Assembly: GCA_014905635.1 (NCBI GenBank) | Contig: JABVCE010000036.1 | Span: forward strand, 248,001-304,485 | Length of the DNA stretch: 56,485 nucleotides | DNA from: Scenedesmus sp. PABB004 | Lineage: Eukaryota | Direction: 5' to 3' | In this document: positions 53,485 to 56,485 of the stretch, piece by piece | Position numbering within the stretch: the stretch's first letter is position 1 | Layout: every line of letters starts with the position of its first letter | Notes under the pieces: model-generated | What the model was told of the DNA's origin: nothing | Seen by the model: the letters and a program-made list of their open reading frames with translations, nothing else | Databases searched by the model: none | Program-made: the position numbers and the translations under genes

Positions 53485-54384
53485 GACGGTAGCCGCGTTG
53501 GCGGGCCGATGGAGTTATTGGCGGATGTCTCCCACGTCACGCCGCGCCGTAGACGCGCGCACGTACGAGGTGTACGGACGCCCCGCCTAGATGTCCGATG
53601 CACGCGGCCGAGACGTACGCACACCTACGTACGGCGCGGGCGCGGGCGGACGGCGAAGGGGGCAAGGCCCCTTTGAAGTTAGCTCAGGTTTGGAGACACG
53701 AGGCGCGCGCTAGCGTAGCGTGCGAGCGTAGCCGAGGCGCACGCGCGGGCGCAAGAGCGGCCGGGCGCGAGCGCGGCGCGCGTTACGAGTTGGTCGAGGG
53801 CGCCGAGGGTCGTAGGGGCGCGAGGGTCGAGGGCGCCGAGAGTCGTAGGGGCGCGAGGGTCGAGGGATGTCCTCCAACGTCACGCCGCCGTGTAGACACG
53901 CACGCCCAAGGTGCACGGACGCCCGCCTTGATGACCGATGCGCACGGCCGGGTCGTACGTACACCTGTGAGCGGCGCGGGCGGGCGGACGGGCGAAGGGC
54001 CGAGGCCCTTGAGCGCGAGAAGAGGCAAAGTCGGCGCGAGAAGGGCCGACGTCGAGCGCGCGGCGCCGAGTAGATCGAGCGCGGCGCGGGAAGCGCGACG
54101 GAGCGCGACGGAGCGCAAACGAGCACGCGCGAGCAAGCGCGGCGCGATTTACTGCGTTTGACGAGGGCGACTCAAGTAAAAGAAGTCGCGGACAAGGGGC
54201 GATGGCCTCTGCCAAGCGCCAAGTAGACAATAGGGCTCTCGAATAGGACGGTGGAGGTCGCAGGATCGAATCTGGGGCCTTCTTTTTGGGCCGCTTGACG
54301 GAGGCCTCCGGAGCTCCGCGGAGTTGTCGAGTTGCCGGAGCGATGCGCGCGAAGCCTCCGCGATGCCTTTAGAGCACCGGGGAT

Positions 54385-54396
54385 GGGCTCATAACC
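54385..54396 (-). other. Primer-binding site complementary to the anticodon-arm region of initiator tRNA-Met (half-tRNA priming)
   Basis: Minus strand reads GGTTATGAGCCC directly after the 5' LTR. Confidence 0.8.
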
Positions 54397-54750
54397 ACTT
54401 GGTCGGAGTAGGCGCGGTTGTTGCCGGCTAGAAGAGCGAGTCGACAACGGCGGACAGCGGCGGTTGGCCAACGAGAGAGCACGGAGACACGAGTGAAGGA
54501 GCAAAGGTTACATGTGCGTGGTGAAGAGACTCCTTAGGCAAACGGGGCGGGCGCACGGAGCTATATAGCCGAAACGGTATCGGTAATCGCAGCTTCTCGG
54601 CGGCTGCCGGTAGCTGCGCCGTAAGCAGCTTCCACCGCGGTTAGCACCTTCCACAAGAGCCCAACTAAGGCCCAAAGTTCCGAGTAGCTTCCTTTAGGCT
54701 CCATGCACGCAATGGGGTGAGTGTGCGGCCGAAAACACGCACTCTCATCA
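54397..54750 (-). repeat. Copia 5' LTR
   Basis: Identical to 48980-49333. Confidence 0.92.
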
Positions 54751-56485
54751 CCGCCGCGCGCCGCCGCGGCGCGGCGCCGCTCGCCGCGCCGCGGCGCGGC
54801 GATGCCGTGCGCCGTTTCCCCTGCCCGCCGCCCCTGCGGAGCGGAGGTGCGCGGCTCCAACAGGCTGCCCGGCCACGGGCTGCGCCGCCGAGGTCGGCCG
54901 CCGGCGGCCGCGCCGCGCCGCGGGCCGCGCGCCGCCCGCGCGCGCGCGCTCGCCGGCGCCGCGGCGCGGCGATGCCGTGCGCCGTTTCCCCTGCCCCGCC
55001 GCCCCTGCGGAGCGGAGGTGCGCGGCTCCAACAGGCTGCCCGGCCACGGGCTGCGCCGCCGAGGTCGGCCGCCGGCGGCCGCGCCGCGCCGCGGGCCGCG
55101 CGCCGCCGCGGCGCGCCGCTCGCCGGCGCCGCGGCGGGCGATGCCGTGCGCCGTTTCCCCTGCCCCGCCGCCCCTGCGGAGCGGAGGTGCGCGGCTCCAA
55201 CAGGCTGCCCGGCCACGGGCTGCGCCGCCGAGGTCGGCCGCCGGCGGCCGCGCGCGCCGCGGGCCGCGCGCCGCCCGCGCGCGCGCGCCGCTCGCCGGCG
55301 CCGCGGCGCGGCGATGCCGTGCGCCGTTTCCCCTGCCCCGCCGCCCCTGCGGAGCGGAGGTGCGCGGCTCCAACGGCTGCCCGGCCACGGGCTGCGCCGC
55401 CGAGGTCGGCCGCGGCGGCCGCGCCGCGCCGCGGGCCGCGCGCCGCCGCGCGCGCGCGCCGCTCGCCGGCGCCGCGGCGCGGCGATGCCGTGCGCCGTTT
55501 CCCCTGCCCCGCCGCCCCTGCGGAGCGGAGGTGCGCGGCTCCAACAGGCTGCCCGGCCACGGGCTGCGCCGCCGAGGTCGGCCGCCGGCGGCCGCGCCGC
55601 GCCGCGGGCCGCGCGCCGCGCCGCCCGCGCGCGGCGCGCTCGCTCGCCGCGCCGGGCGCGGCGATGCCGTGCGCCGTTTCCCCTGCCCCGCCGCCCCTGC
55701 GGAGCGCAGGTGGCGGCGCTCCAACACTGCCCGGCCACGGGCTGCGCCGCCGAGGTCGGCCGCCGGCGGCAGCGCCGCGCCGCGGGCCGCGCGCCGCCCG
55801 CGCGCGCGCCGCTCGCCGGGCGCGGCGCGCGGCGATGCCGTGCGCCGTTTCCCCTGCCCCGCCGCCCCTGCGGAGCGGAGGTGCGCGGCTCCAACAGGCT
55901 GCCCGGCCACGGGCTGCGCCGCCGAGGTCGGCCGCCGGCGGCCGCGCCGCGCCGCGGGCGCGCGCGCCGCGCCGCGCGGCGCCGCTCGCCGGCGCCGCGG
56001 CGCGGCGCTGCCGTGCGCCGTTTCCCCTGCCCCGCCGCCCCTGCGGAGCGGAGGTGCGCGGCTCCAACAGGCTGCCCGGCCACGGTCTGCGCCGCCGAGG
56101 TCGGCCGCCGCGGCCGCGCCGCGCCGCGGGCCGCGCGCCCCCGCGCGCGCGCGCTCGCCGGCGCCGCGGCGCGGCGATGCCGTGCGCCGTTTCCCCTGCC
56201 CCGCCGCCCCTGCGGAGCGGAGGTGCGCGGCTCCAACAGGCTGCCCGGCCACGGGCTGCGCCGCCGAGGTCGGCCGCCGGCGGCCGCGCCGCGCCGCGGG
56301 CCGCGCGCCGCCCGCGCGCGCGCCGCTCGCGGCGCCGGCGGCGCGGCGATGCCGTGCGCCGTTTCCCCTGCCCCGCCGCCCTGCGGAGCGGAGGTGCGCG
56401 GCTCCAAACAGGCTGCCCGGCCACGGGCTGCGCCGCCGAGGTCGGCCGCCCGGCGGCCGGCCGCGCCCGCGGGCCGCGCGCCGCC
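54751..56485. repeat. Tandem array of ~172-bp GC-rich satellite (~10 monomers, running off the window)
   Basis: CCACGG anchor at 54873, 55044, 55213, 55385, 55557, 55735, 55907, 56080, 56249 and 56421. Confidence 0.95.

Larger units (their letters stand above)
48980..54750 (-). mobile_element. Intact, recent Ty1/Copia retrotransposon inserted in the satellite
   Basis: Two 354-bp LTRs identical by eye, PBS, PPT (CGTGGGAG, 49334-49341) and a single gag-pol ORF. TSD ambiguous (CCGC, or GCCGC with a 2-nt offset). Confidence 0.93.

Noticed and set aside
54561..56424. Long Arg/Ala/Gly ORFs in three frames
   Set aside because: Translation of a stop-poor GC satellite.
55620..56485. Higher-order variant structure in the terminal satellite
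   Set aside because: Differences are mostly small indels in GC runs, consistent with sequencing noise.

Overview
Very GC-rich eukaryotic DNA, most consistent with a chlorophyte green alga (short GC-rich spliceosomal introns, many with GC donors, and TGTAA poly(A) signals). Bases 1-16.1 kb are gene-dense: eIF2D (partial, minus strand), VPS52, an OPR-like helical repeat protein, an RRM-like/SAM-methyltransferase fragment, a plastid AAE15/16-type acyl-activating enzyme and a stand-alone SOQ1-type HAD hydrolase. From 16.3 kb to the end there are no host genes. This part is a ~172-bp satellite array carrying inserted retroelements: a 12.5-kb Ty3/Gypsy element, a truncated RTE-like LINE, Copia remnants, a nested cluster of one L1 family (including a 1.22-kb satellite+L1 higher-order repeat) and an intact Copia element. 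The arrangement resembles a centromere or pericentromere. The most unusual object is the Gypsy element. Its Pol carries a C5 cytosine methyltransferase between RNase H and integrase, plus C-terminal PHD and Tudor-like domains. Its repeats read A-internal-B-gc-A-B rather than two LTRs. The PPT and a Tf1-like self-priming PBS define the replicative LTR as B+A, whereas the TG...CA integrase ends and the 4-bp TSD fall at the internal B|GC|A site. This is what a 2-LTR circle opened by integrase inside the LTR would produce. All calls were made by eye, with no database searches.
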